Shown piece after piece: positions 37,131-49,637 of a DNA stretch of 64,000 nt. Position 1 is the stretch's first letter, and every line of letters starts with the position of its first letter. The notes below the pieces were generated by a model that was not told the origin of the DNA, did no database searches, and was given only the letters and a program-made list of their open reading frames with translations. The stretch comes from Chiloscyllium plagiosum (lineage: Eukaryota): the NCBI RefSeq assembly GCF_004010195.1, contig NC_057719.1, forward strand, positions 67,601,048 through 67,665,047, given 5' to 3'. The translations under genes and the position numbers were made by a program.

Positions 37131-39744
37131 GTTTACTCTCCATTAGCCTCCTATTTACCATCACAACTCCCACAGCTGAGATTAACAAATATTTGCACAG
37201 GTAGCTGACCCATTGAGATGGCCTAGAGTGGTTCCTTGAGAAGAGACACCTGAAACATAAAAACATTCTGAGGATGGAGACCAAAGTACGTTTTTCTTCT
37301 TTCAGTGCTGAAGTGATGGAAAGACAACTGATTAGGATCAATTATTTGTGTACTTTTCTTTTCCTGGAGCCTTCCTAACTCTTGGTACAGACCTACGCCT
37401 GATGAGAGCATGTTCCACTGTGTGTGCCAGATAAAAACTGGATGGAATTCTCAGGAAAGCTTGGAAACACCCGCGAATATGTTCCCAAGTCTGGTTAATT
37501 GCGGCCCTAACAATAGCAATTCCAAGAACTGTCTGTTCCTTTTCTCCAGCGATTATCGCAGAATCTGAATGGGGGGAGAAAACCTATTTCAGTCCACATT
37601 AAGCCCTTCCCTCCTATCAAAGTATCACCAAAGTTTGATTCTTCCAAAAAGAAGAACATTTACCATGTTGTTATCATTGCAACTGTCTTTGTGAGCATGA
37701 TGAACCAAGATTTAGCACCTATTGGATCCAGAGTCAAGTATTGTGCAGGGACATGTAGCTTTGTTTCATTTTTTTTAATTCAAAATTAAACTTGTGACTT
37801 TCAATATGACATTTAGATTGTAGATGATAAAATTCAATACCATGACAGTTTTGGTAATACAATATGTGAAACTGTGTCACTCACCTATAATTGTTGACTC
37901 AGTTTGGCTTTCCTGTACTCTGAACTACTCTTTATTGCTACTTGGCATTGCCTGTGGGCTTCTCCTGATATCCTGGATCACTTAGTTTCCTTTCTCTGTC
38001 AATCTTTTTACTGAAGAATTCAGCAAAGAGTAACATTAAGTAAAAACGAAAGCGGTTAATGAAAGCAAGATGTTGTGATTTCTAAAAATGTGAACAGAAA
38101 ATGAAAGAGACATGGAAAATACAATTAAGAACATGAAGAATTCAACTGCAGAGGTGGAAAAAATGCATATAATTTTCTTAAAGCAAAGAGATAAAAAAGG
38201 CAAAGAAAAAAAAAACCAAGAGAAGAATTACAACTTTGACCAAAACAGCAAAAATATTGAAAGCACAGTTAAAATGCAAACTATTAAATGGGTTGAGGGT
38301 TAAGAAACGTGAGCAGAAGATCTTTTGTTAATCAGTTAGGTGTGTACTATTGATTCTTCCCCACCACATAGAAATGTTTAAATACATGTTCTGAAGATGA
38401 TATAAACAAATCTTGGTGTTGTGATATCAGATTTGATTATTAAAGAGACAGTACTACTTAGAACAAACTTTTCAAATCTCTAAACCCAAAGAATTCAGTG
38501 ATGGGCATCCCATCAGAAATCAAACTGCAAAGAGGAAGGAAGCCACCTGGACTTGGTTAGCTGAATTCTTCGAGGTTTTTGAGCCTCATACGCCCCATGT
38601 TTTGGAGACTCCAAACTTAAGAGACAAAAAAATATATATGGGTAACGAAATGTGAAAAAAGGACTGCCAAAAAATACAAGCAGTTAAAATCAGAAACAAA
38701 ACCAGCAAGTTGTAGTCCTCAGGGACAGGTGATATTTTTCAAATATTCTTTTGATATATGACCTCATGTTCAGCAGAAGGACAGGCTACACGAACCATAT
38801 CTTAGCTTGAATTTTAGTTCAGAAAAATCAAATCATCTCAAACATTTCTACCTTGAGTAGTGTGAGGTTAACCTGCAAAAAGGTGTCTATTTGCAGCTGT
38901 TTTTGATTTTGCTTTTTGATTCTCATTCTTAAATTTTGATATGAGGGCAATCTGACTAGTCTCACAACCAAATAGGTTACACAGTTGAAAATATTTAAAC
39001 AAGACTCTTTAATTCCGCACCCCCGATGTTCCTTTTGTACTTCTTGGTATCAATGAAAGGCCAGCCAGATTTTGACAGTCAAAGCTCGAGGGATTTCAAA
39101 GTGGAACTCTTCTGTCAAAAATCATCTTAATTCCACAGCAGTTCAAAACAATAGTTTTCTATGCATTACATGTACAAAACAAAACTATTGCATATTTTTG
39201 GGGTTTTTTTTATCGTATAGAAGAAACAAAAAAAGAAACAAAATCATGTTACTTTAATGTCATTTGTTGACAGATGTCATAATATTTTCCCTGTATGTCA
39301 ACTGTCAACTTTTTACACTGTGCATCAGTAACAACATGAGGATAATTTACCACCATGACATACTGTCTTTCCTTAAACTGAATAATAAAAAATGTTTGTA
39401 CTCATCCCATCATGAAACAAGCATGCCAATTCTTTCATGTACTTCATATTGAAGCGACCAGGCTTCAAGTCAAGCATGGGGACCAGTGATTAATTTTGTC
39501 CTCAAGAGGTGAATTATTTTCACCAAAAGCCCACTCATTTGTGAGAAAGCTTTTCATATGCAGGCAAAGGATTAGACAGAGGGTGATAGAGTGTTAATTG
39601 TCTGTTTGTCTGAACTGTAAGAAGATTAAAAACTTCCTTTTTATTCTTATGTAGTTCAAGGCTGCAAAAGAAATGCACAGGAAACTGATTTTCCACAGAG
39701 AAAAGAAATGCTAGGGAGAGTATCCACAAACAGTCCACTCAGAC

Positions 39745-40560
39745 CGATGTTTTCTGCCTGCTCCCACCCCACAGAAAATATCTCTTCCTACCTCAAATCC
39801 ATAGTTTTCTCCGCTTGTCCAACGGCTGACACTTGATGTCAGTTTCAGAATTTCCAGCACACAGGCTCCAGTCGCCTTCTCTCTAGCATGGTAGTGCAAT
39901 ATCTTTACATGTCCACCTCCACATCAGGATGATCACATGGCTATCCGCTTCTTCTCGCAAAAAAGATCTGAACTGTCCCCTTTCACTACCACCTTCCTCC
40001 GCTTGGCCAAGCTCATCCTCAGTTTGAACAACTTCTCCTTTAACTCCTCTCACTTTCTTCAGGTCAGAGGTGTGGTCGTGGCTACCCACATGGGCCCTAT
40101 GTGCCTATCTCTTTGGAAGGTATGGTACATTCCTTGTTCCAGTCCTACTCAGGCTCCCACTCTCAACTCTTTCTCCAGTACATCAATGACATCATTGGTG
40201 TTGCTTCCCTCTCGTGTCTGAAATTAGAAAGATTTATCAACTTCGCTTCCAGTTTCCACTCTGCTCTCGCCTTCACTTGATCCATCTCTGACTCCTCCTT
40301 CTCCTTCCTCGATGCCTCTGTTTCCATTGCTGGAGATAAGTTGGTCACCAATGTCCACTAAAAACCCACCAACTCCCACAGTTACCATGATGATACATCC
40401 TCACACCCTGCTTCCTGTAAAGACTCCATTCCATTTTCCTAGTGTCTCCATCTCCATCACATCTGTTCTGATGATGCCACCTTTATGCAGGAGGCCTGAG
40501 AAATGTTCATCTTTCTCCTCAACCAAGGATTCTTCACCACTGTGGTTGACAGAGCCCTCA
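39745..40560 (+). mobile_element. Penelope-like reverse transcriptase relic
   Basis: TTTFLRLAKLILSLNNFSFNSSHFLQVRGVVVATHMGP (the GVAMGTxMGP motif) and QLFLQYINDIIG (YIDD mutated to YIND), with frameshifts. Confidence 0.88.
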
Positions 40561-40599
40561 GATATTATTGAATATGTAAATATTTATGCAGCCTCTACT

Positions 40600-41200
40600 T
40601 TGGGCTAGCTGTTAAACTGCTCACCTCCATTCATGACTGGGTGTAGGAGGACTACAGAGCTGAGGTCTGATTCATTGGTTATGGAATCACTTAAGCCTGT
40701 CCACCACATGTTGCTTCTGAAATTCCACATGCAATCAGTCCACCAATATGGCTTCACTAGAATGGTACCTCAATCTTAGGTCTATCTGGTGCGCTTCCTG
40801 GGATGGCCTCCTGCACACTTCATTTAACCAGGGTGTATCTCCTGGCTTGACAGTAATTGTGGAGTGGGGCATATGCTGGGTTATGTGGTTTCAGGTTGTG
40901 ATTAAATACAATTCTGCTGCTGAGGGCCCACAGTACCATCATGGATGTCGTATTTTGAGCTGCTAGATCAGTTTGGGTCATTGTGTCACACATCATGACG
41001 GTAGATACCTGCAATGAGAAGATAAATCCTTGTCTCCATAATGCAGTCATTTCCACCATGACAACCATTGATAGATGCCTCTGTGACAGACACATTTGTG
41101 AGAACAAAATATTATGAGCTTTCCATCTTGCTAGTTCCCTCGCTCCTTGCTGTAGACTTAGCCTCACAGATTCCTTTGGATGCAGCCAGCTCAGGATTAG
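40600..41200 (-). mobile_element. CR1-group LINE endonuclease-RT linker relic
   Basis: The minus strand reads QTDLAAQN..SM / GPSAAELYLITT*NHITQHMPHSTITVKPGDTPWLNEVCRRPSQE, a KPxxxPWxN motif. Confidence 0.7.
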
Positions 41201-41349
41201 TCAAGCACAAGAGTTCAAGCTTTCATTAAAAGAAATGAATTCATGAAAAGATATGACATCGTTGGGTGTTGTCTATGTTATATAACGTTGTTCACTTCAA
41301 TGTCTAAATTCTACAACTAAAAATAGGTAACACATCCCAACTACTGAAG

Positions 41350-42630
41350 GTTGGTGAGATCAAGGCTGTTGACATAGTGAAAGTGGTCTTCCAAAAGTGT
41401 ATGATAAAGAGCTAAACAAAGATTTGTGGGGAAAGTGATAGGTCATGTAATAACAGGGTCAGTAGAAGTATGGATATAAAGTTAGCCGAGTGAATTGAAA
41501 CAGTTTCTAATGGTTAATGGGTATTGTTAGTTTGGAGGAAGGCTTGTAACAGAGTTCCCAAAGGTCAATGTTGGCACCCTTACCTTACCTGATACATAAT
41601 GTACATAATGTAGGTCTTGGTCCATGAGGTGAATTTTAAATGTTCACAACAATACAAAGCTTTGGAACATTGTAAACTTTGAGGAGGACAGCGTAGAACT
41701 TCAAATGGACACTGGTAGAGTGGACAAACAGATGGTGGATGAAGGTCAGTGTGGAGAAGTGTGAGATGATGCATTTTGGTGCAAAGTATAAAGTAAGTGG
41801 TGACAAACACAAAGAACTGTAGATGTTAGAAATCTGAAACAAAAACAAATTGTTGGAGAAACACTGTAGATCTGACAGCATGTGGTCAGAGAAAAAAGGA
41901 GTTAGCATTTTGAATACAGTGACCATTTGTCAGAATTGAACAAGGGTCACTAGTCTCGAAATGTAAACTGGTTTTGTCTCTAAATATGCTGACAGACCTG
42001 CTGGCATTTCTCCAGCATCGCTACTAAAATAAAGAATACTATTCTAAAGGATGTACAAGAGTAGAGGGACCTGGGTGTATGTCTGTGTAAGTCATTTAAA
42101 AGTGTCAGGACATGTAAAGAAAGCTGTTAAGAAAGCCTAGTATTCTAGACTTTATTAATAGGGGTACAGAGTTCAAGAGCTGGGATGTTGTGCTCAACCT
42201 ATATAGGACACTGGTTGGACCTTAGCTCAAGTATTGTGTACAATTCTGACCACTGCACTATATTAGGGATGAAAAGGCAGTAAGAGTGGAGAAAAGGTTA
42301 ACAAAAATGGTCCCAGAGATGAGAAACTTCAATTGACGATAAATGGAAAAGGTTGAGACAGTTTTTTTTTGGAGAGGTAAAGGCTGAGCAGAGATTTGGA
42401 AAAGGTTTTCAATACCAAGGATCCAGGATCAGAGAGCATTGTTTTAAAGTGTTGTCTCTAAAAGACGCACATGTGTATTGGAGGTAGCTTCATCTGGATG
42501 AGGATGATTTCTTAATTGGAATCAACATGCAAAGTTTTAAGGAAAAGGTAGGCAGTCAAAGTCAGAAAACCAGTGGAGTCACAATGGGCCAAAAGGCTTC
42601 CTTCTCTTCTGTAACTATTCTGTGATACTT
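41350..42630 (+). mobile_element. Decayed CR1 LINE RT and 3' end, interrupted by a fold-back pLTR
   Basis: CR1-type segments gttcccaaaggtcaatgttgg, gagaagtgtgagatgatgcattttgg, gagggacctgggtgt and gtattgtgtacaattctg. Confidence 0.8.
41803..42022. mobile_element. Old fold-back PLE pLTR element (third family)
   Basis: Left arm ..gtgaccatttgtcag, centre aat, right arm tgaacaagggtcac..gaaatgtaaac..gacagacctgctggcatttctccagca. Confidence 0.65.
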
Positions 42631-42789
42631 ATAATGAACCACCCATCACAAAGGATGACAACTCATGCTAGACAACAATCACACACCTATGACAAATGAT
42701 AAGTCACAGACTGCAGAGTGTAGTTACACTGCTAAGTCATAGTAACTATATAAGGACTCGACCTGGCGATGTCTTACATAAGCCAGGGT

Positions 42790-43460
42790 AGCAGTGGTGA
42801 TCGCCATCAGACAGCGATGGCTCCTCTCTTCAGCTGGACACAGATGCTCAGGGATCATTAATGGAGAAGCCAACTCTGGAGAAGCAACGGAAAGTGCGAG
42901 AGACTCAGTCAGCATTTCTCGAGATACAATGCATCACAGGAGAAAGAATGGTAGCGTCCGGTTCCACCATGAGTGGTGCCTTGGTTATTTGCATAGATAT
43001 TCGGCCTCCACGGAAATAACGGTAGCTGCATGGAGGACCACGCATCGGGTGATCAAGTGTACGTTTCCCTTCATGAATGAGCTGCACACTCTATTTTCAT
43101 TTGTAAGTAAGATGGATGAGAGCTTTGATTTGGCTGTTCACAACACCTCTCGAAAGCACAACAACATTCTCTCCAGCTCCTAGTCGGTGGGCCATGGGAG
43201 GGGAGATGTAAAAACAGTCCATAGGAGTGACCACTGTGTACAAGGAGCTTCCATTCCTGCCCAAGCCTGAGCCCTAAATGCTGCCTCAGTCTCTGATGGC
43301 TAAGCCTGTTCCTGCACAGTTGCAGGAGCGGAAAGTTGATAGGAGTTTTCACAGCCCTCATCTGCTTCAGAATTCAAAGCGTGCGAGCTACGAGCAAGTC
43401 ATTACTCAGTGCTGGGGAATGAACAGCCTGCCACTAACTATGCTAAACAGGCAGGAATAG
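42790..43460 (+). pseudogene. Harbinger Myb/SANT partner gene, C-terminal exon relic
   Basis: QLDTDAQGSLMEKPTLEKQRKV...GERM resembles QLDIAGEPQGLSMNRI/..EEQQKF...LGEGL at 11644-12650. It is convergent with the HARBI1-like relic. Confidence 0.4.
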
Positions 43461-43669
43461 AACTCTGTACAAGACCAGGCACATGGAAGAGAAAGACTTT
43501 ACAGTTTCATAAGGGAAATCACTTGTATCTAGAAGTATATTGATTTGTCATTTTGACAGACAATGTGACTAACATGGGTGCATGGTTTCGGGTTAGCAGA
43601 ATCATACTAGATTGAGCCTGTGCTGCATAGCTCTCACACAGAGTTGTGCATTCAAGTCATATTATGCTT

Positions 43670-43925
43670 CTCATCCTGTTTTCATTTTTCCACCTTTCCC
43701 CTCCTCCTCCTCAGGTGCAGAGCAATCATACATTTCTTCTTGCAGCTCCAGTCCTGTCTGCTGCACAACATTACACAAGACATAGCACACCACTGCACTT
43801 CTGAATAAGGTCGCATGCAAAATAAATAGGACGAGGAGCTGGCAATGCAATCCTGCAGAAAGGAACTGACCGATCCATTGGTGAATCTGAAGCACATCTT
43901 CAGAATCTCAACAAAATGTTCAATG
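43670..43925 (-). pseudogene. Harbinger (HARBI1-like DDE) transposase C-terminal relic
   Basis: IEHFVEILKMCFRF.. then RSAVVCYVLCNVVQQTGLELQEE..PEEEE matches HARBI1-family IEx(4)LKxRFR...VVCCxLHN plus an acidic tail. Confidence 0.7.
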
Positions 43926-44173
43926 TTAAATTTCCCATTTCTTGTATGAGGGTGTAAGTGTCTGTGGAAGTGTTAATACTGAGGACTACATGAAGAACCA
44001 CCCATTATGATGATGTCAAATATATTTGGTGCGACAACAGTTTAGTACCTTGAAGGAGGAAGACAACTATCAATGTAACAATGTTGATCAACTTATACTT
44101 AATCAATAATACACAATAAACTACAAAAGAGCCTCTTCTCTTAATCTAGCAAATGGGTTTCCTCAACCTATGA

Positions 44174-44532
44174 GGCACCATAGTGGCACAGTGGTTATCA
44201 TTACTGTTTCAACATGCTAGGACCTGGGTTTGATTCCAGCCTTGGGTGACTGTCTGTGTGGAGTTTACACACTCTTTCTGTGTCTGCATGAGTTTCCATC
44301 ATGTAGTCCGGTTTCCTTTCATAGTCCAAAGATATGCAGGATAGGTGGATTGTCCATGCTAAATTGTCCCATAGGGTCCAGAGATGAGTAGGTTAGGTGG
44401 GTTAGCCATGGTTAAAAAAAGTGGGGTTACGTGAATAGGATGGGGGAAGTTGGGTCTGGGGTGGGATGCTCTTCAGAAGATTAGTGCAGACTCAATGAAC
44501 CAAATGGCCTCTTTCTGCACTGTAGGGATCTA
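44174..44532 (+). mobile_element. tRNA-derived V-SINE (HE1-like), full length
   Basis: A box gtggcacagtgg, B box gggtttgattcc, V domain tgtctgtgtggagttt...gtccaaagatatgcagg, and CR1-like tail aaatggcctctttctgcactgtagggat. Confidence 0.85.
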
Positions 44533-45667
44533 CGACCACATCAGACTCTGTAGATCCCAAACATTAAAAAAGCAAACCTGCCACATAGTACAGGAAACCT
44601 CATATTAGGGATGAGCAATAAATGCTGGCCAGCCAATGATGCCCACGTCCCATGACAGAATAGAAAAAAACACTTGGCATTCAGTGGTGAGGATTGCTTA
44701 ATCATGATGATAAGCAATGATATGGATTCCATTTAGCAGTTTAATAATCCAGTGACAGTGGTGGAAATCTGAAAATCTTTTCAGTCACTACTTTAAAAAT
44801 CCCACTTATTCAGACGCAGTCAACAGCTAGGAGAGCTGAAGATGAAGAATCCTACAGTAGAAAGGATCATGGCACGATTCAACAAGGCAGAATCTATTCA
44901 ACAGTAAAATATATTTCAGGCTAGGAAGAAGTATTCTGCTGGAGAGCAGGGAAATTTCTAATGCTGAAAAGGGTGGAAACTTTCATTTTAACACAGAAAG
45001 TGGGTGTCCTCCATTTTGACCACAAAATGTGGAAGAACTCTAAAGTAGCACATAGTAGCAGTACTAATTCTACTGCAAAATTAAAAGTCTTGAAGCAAGG
45101 AAAATAAATAATCACATTGGGAAAACCTCACATGAGAAATAATATTGCCAAACTATTTAACTTTAGAAATGGGCTAAATAGGACATCAGGTTGACATCTT
45201 GGAGAAAACAATTCTTAATCCAACTAGACAGAAAATGAGAAGTTGAACAAGGTAATACACTTGTACATACAATTGAGAGAATAACTGATGATGCGAAAGC
45301 TCACCAATTTGTAAAATAACCAATTGAAGTCCTGAAAGCCTTTTGCTATAACTTTAATTTCACACCAAATATAATTCTTGGAAGTGTAAGATTTAACAAA
45401 AGGGTTCAACATCCATAGAAAATTGATGGGATCCCATTGTACATTTAATTAAATGATCTCTACAGATCATTGAGGAGAAATGAAACTTTGGAAATTTAAA
45501 ATTAGAGGTTAGAACAGACTTGTTGGAATTGCTGATGATGCTGTGCTAGATTTATGGTCGAAAGCAGATTTGACTCCAGAGAAAGCTATATTGGTGATGA
45601 GTGAAGTTGAAGTCTGAAAACAACACAGATTATTCCTAAGAGAAAGTGATCGAACATATTTCAGGAG

Positions 45668-45767
45668 ATCAGTAAAATTCATTCAATTCTTAAGGTACAA
45701 AATGACAAAAGACACAAATCAGTAAAATTCATTCAATTCTTAAGGTACAAAATGACAAAAGACACAA
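45668..45767 (+). repeat. Perfect 50-bp direct tandem duplication
   Basis: atcagtaaaattc...gacacaa occurs at 45668-45717 and 45718-45767. Confidence 0.95.
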
Positions 45768-46757
45768 TGCAGTTAATAGGACAAAACTCAGATACTAACA
45801 GTCATTGTCAGTGTTGGGGAGCAAGAAAACCTCACAGGCAGAAGCAGTGCTCAGCTATTAATCAGTAAAATACTAGGTCATTTTAAGAAACTGTGAAGTA
45901 GGAAGCACTCACAGAGCAGCAAGAAGTAAAATAGCCACCCACAATAACAAATTAAGAATGCAGAACAGATTGCAATAGAACAAAATCCTTTGGGAAAAAA
46001 GGAGGTCCAGACCTCGATTTTTATCATGAGGATACCTATGCCAATAAGCGTCGGAATAATTTCAAGGTTGAGCCAGGATTGAAAATACACTGTCTGTATT
46101 TGACAATAGTGTAACTGTATGTCCAGGAGGTGTAGCGCTTGGAATTAAAGATGTGCTACAATCAACTCTGACACAAGGGGCATCAGATAACAAAAAAAGT
46201 TATTATACTTCACAGTCAGGATTTCTCACTCTTGAGCAGGACGACATGTCTTTACTTCAAACTTCTTAAGTTTTAAGAGGTTAAAGAAGAGAAAATAAAA
46301 AAGCTAATTTGAACAGCAATACCCTAAATTATTCCATGGATTAAAGAAGCTCGGTACTGAATACCATGACAGTGATGAAAATTGCTAAACAATTATACCT
46401 CTACACATCCAGAAAGAATCCACAACCTTTAATAAATGCAAAATTGATAAACAATTTGTAGAGATGACCAAAGTGGACATAACAAACCTAGTTACAAAAC
46501 TAATCAAGAGGTTCTGAAGCAGTTTTATTAACCTAATGGTTGTCTATAGTTCACAAAAGTATGGCTAAGTTATCCACAAGTGATTTTCATGAAATTCAGT
46601 GCAAACAGTTGATTCTGACGGATTGCATTGTACAAGCAATTAATATTGATAATTCGAGATGGGAAGTTTTGCTTCATCAGATTGCCACCTGGCATCACCT
46701 TAACCCTAGAGATTTTCAATGGACTGGGTCTAACATTTTGCAAGGTCTTGAATGAGT

Positions 46758-47270
46758 CTTTGATTTGATTTGGTTTATTATTGATACATGTACCTAGATA
46801 AAGAGAAAACTTTTGTTTTGCATGCAGTACTGGAAGATCAAACTGTACAAAGTGCATCAGGATAATAGAACAGAATTAAGATTACAATGTTATGGCTGCA
46901 GTGAAAGTGCACAAAGAGTAAGATCAACATTAAATTTAAAATTTGAAAGTTTCATTCAGCAGTCTAATAACAGCAAGGAAAATGTCGTTCTTGAATCTGC
47001 TGGTACGTGTGTTTAAGATTTCGTATCTTCTGCCTGACAGGAAAGGTTGGAAGAGATGATAACCAGGGTGGGTGGGGTCTTTGATGAAGTTGGCTGCCTT
47101 CCCAAAGCAGCGAGAAGTATGAATGGAGTCAATGGATGGAAGGTTAGTTAGAATGATGAACTGGGCTGTGTTCTCAGCTCTGTGTAGTTTCTTCCACTCT
47201 TGGGCAGAGCTGCCATACCAAGCCATGATTGATCTGGATAGAGTGCTTTCTATGAAGCATCTACAAAAAT
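46758..47270 (-). mobile_element. Rex1/Babar LINE 3' end inserted in the Gypsy RT
   Basis: ORF 46936-47316 reads IESTLSRSIMAWYG..AANFIKDPTHPGYHLFQPFLSGRRY. The Gypsy RT resumes after it. Confidence 0.88.
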
Positions 47271-47898
47271 TGTCACCCAGTTGACTTATTGATAAAAAGT
47301 GAGTATCGAGGAGCATGATCCCAGAGCAAAAGCAATCTCAGTGCTTACAGGTAGAACAGCTTCCCCTTAATGACATGTTTGAATTCTCCAAAAAATCGAT
47401 TCACTTCTTGGGACACTTTGTTAACGATGAGGAGATCATGGTTGACCCACAGAAAACCAAAGCTATGGGAGTTTCCACTCCAAAGTCAGTCCATGGTGGT
47501 AATTAATGGTGGTAAATAATTTAATGGTGGTAAAGCAGTTGATGAAGGTTTGACAACTACTGCAGAATCTCTGAGACACTTCTTGAAGGAGCCACAATGA
47601 TGGGAGATACTGGAAAACGCATTAAGAGCTTTTCAAAGAAACATACAATATTGACATTCATGGATGGCTTAGCTGACTACAATCCATTCTTTCCAACAAC
47701 CCTAGATGCTGGTGCTCCAGCTATAGGATTAAGAACAGTACTCTTTCAGGAACAATAAGATAGGTGTCACAAGCTGGTCTACTATGCTTCATGAATATTG
47801 TTAGAGAAGAGGCTCTCTCACTTGCATCAGTTTGAGAGGGATTTTCAGTGTTTATCCTTGGCCTGAAACTGGTAACAGAGGTAGACTATAAACCTTTT

Positions 47899-48132
47899 TT
47901 GGTGAAAGTGAGGACTGTAGATGCTGGAGATTAGAGTCAAGATTAGAGTGATGCTGAAAATGCACAGCAGGTCAGGCAGCATCCGAGGAGCAGGAAAATT
48001 GACATTTCGGGCAGGAGCCCTTCATCAGTTCTTCATTCCTGATGAAGGGCTCCTGCCCAAAACATCGATATTCCTGTTCCTCGGATGCTGCCTGACCTGC
48101 TGTGCATTTTCAGCATCACTCTAATCTTGACT
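47899..48132. mobile_element. Short fold-back PLE pLTR element inserted in Gypsy RNase H, TSD of at least 10 bp
   Basis: Inverted arms lie about tcatcag-ttcttcattc-ctgatga (48022-48045). gactataaac occurs at 47884-47893 and 48129-48138. Confidence 0.88.
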
Positions 48133-49637
48133 ATAAACTTCTTTCTTCTACTAAATGAGAAAGAATTAGTAAAGGTGATTTACAAATATAGATTTTAACC
48201 CTGGACTCTGAGGTTTGCCTATAAAACAGTATTGGCACAAGGAAAATGACAGACAAGGACAGATTACCAGGTATGATACTGAGTTTGTTCATACGCTTGA
48301 ACCATACACTCAGTAAAAGGTAACACAGTGGCCAGCAAACCACAACCGCTGCAACAAAATCTGACATGATCAGCGTGTGTTACCGTTCATAAAGTATTGT
48401 CTTGAAAGTTGGTCACTTCAAATAGGATAGCCATGAAAACATGTACTGAGTACAAACAATATTGCACCATCATGGATGATTTACTGATATATATATATAA
48501 TGAAAGGCTGGTTGTTTCGGCTTCATTTAGGGAGGATATCCATTACAAGATACACCACTAACATTTGAAGATCACCAGTTGCAGGGCCAGAGCTAGGTCA
48601 GTGGTGTGGTGACATGGTATTTCCAAAAAGACAGAAGGTCCACAGCTGATTGTGAAATCTGTGCTATTCACAGGCTCAAGCAATGAGAGAGATATATATA
48701 TATATCACTTTACCCTCTGGACCGTGGGAACTTGGGGAAACTGCTATTACTTTTTAGCAGTAATTCTTACCTTCTTTCCAGTGACAACTTTACACAATGG
48801 ATATATGTGAAGACATTACATATTGCCACTGCAGACACAGATGGCAGAGTGTCGCAGGAGGTATTTGCAATACATCGTATTCCTAATGTGGCCATTTCAG
48901 GCAATGGACTACAATTCATTCATGAGTGCTTCTGTCAATGTTCAGCCAATATTAGATTTAAACTTATCACTAGCTCACTAAGTTAGCCACAATTTGAATA
49001 GGGAAGTTGAGCATGGGCTCCGGACAGCTCAATAGCTTCTGAGGAAAAATGCTGACTTCCAAGCAACATTGTCAAGTTACTGATCCATTCTACCCAAGGA
49101 TAATCCATTAGAGTTTTTGTGAGCAGGATGTTAAAGATTCAGTTCCCTATCCTAACAATGAAGCTGAATCCACATTCATATTGACAGGCTCCAAAAGCTG
49201 TGCCAAAGAGGAAGTAGTCCCACCATGTGCATCAGGCCACACAATGTAACAGGCATCACCATCACACTTAGGCGAAGGTCAGCAGCTTGGACCTCAATAG
49301 GAAAGGAATGGTCATTCGAAGAACTGCGACCTCCCAAAAGGAGTTGAATGAAGCAACTGCAAGTAACCCCGTCCAATTGAAGATCAGCCATCTGACATCA
49401 CTTGATTATGGTAAATCAATGGAAAATGCCCTAATTAAAGGGATTTTCAGTTCTCAAACTGTCAGCAACTGAATAAAACTTAATAGATTTAGGGCAGTGT
49501 TTGCCTTGACTGCCACTGGCAACACATGCACCACTTAGTCTATTTGGAAGAAGGTCTTATTTTAGGAGTCAGTAGTAATTACTTGCCTAAAGGTCTTAGC
49601 CTCCGAAGGCACTGGTTTTCAGTGAAGTTCAGAAAAT

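Larger units (their letters stand above)
45180..49300 (+). mobile_element. Heavily decayed Ty3/Gypsy (Mag-like) provirus interior: gag, RT, RNase H, integrase
   Basis: gag: VRFNKRVQ, VGIADDAVLDLWSKADLTPEKAI, knuckle CQCWGARKPHRQKQC. RT: SNILQGLE, FEFSKKSIHFLGH..VDPQKTKA. RNase H: LADYNP..TTLDAGAPAIGLRTVLFQ..VYYAS, EVDYKP. Integrase: KIHH*HLKITSCRARARSVVW..CEIC, EVFAIHRIPNVAISGNGLQF..ITSS. The RT-RH-IN order is Gypsy. Confidence 0.88.

Noticed and set aside
37398..37570. CTGATGA as a hammerhead core or C/D snoRNA box C
   Set aside because: No helix II followed by GAAA, and no suitably spaced D box with a terminal stem.
11693..48132. Most palindromes as classical DNA-transposon MITEs or rho-independent terminators
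   Set aside because: The arms are PLE pLTR sequence contiguous with GIY-YIG ORFs elsewhere in the window. TSD length varies and the ends are asymmetric. The DNA is eukaryotic. Only 23050-23240 is kept as a possible exception.
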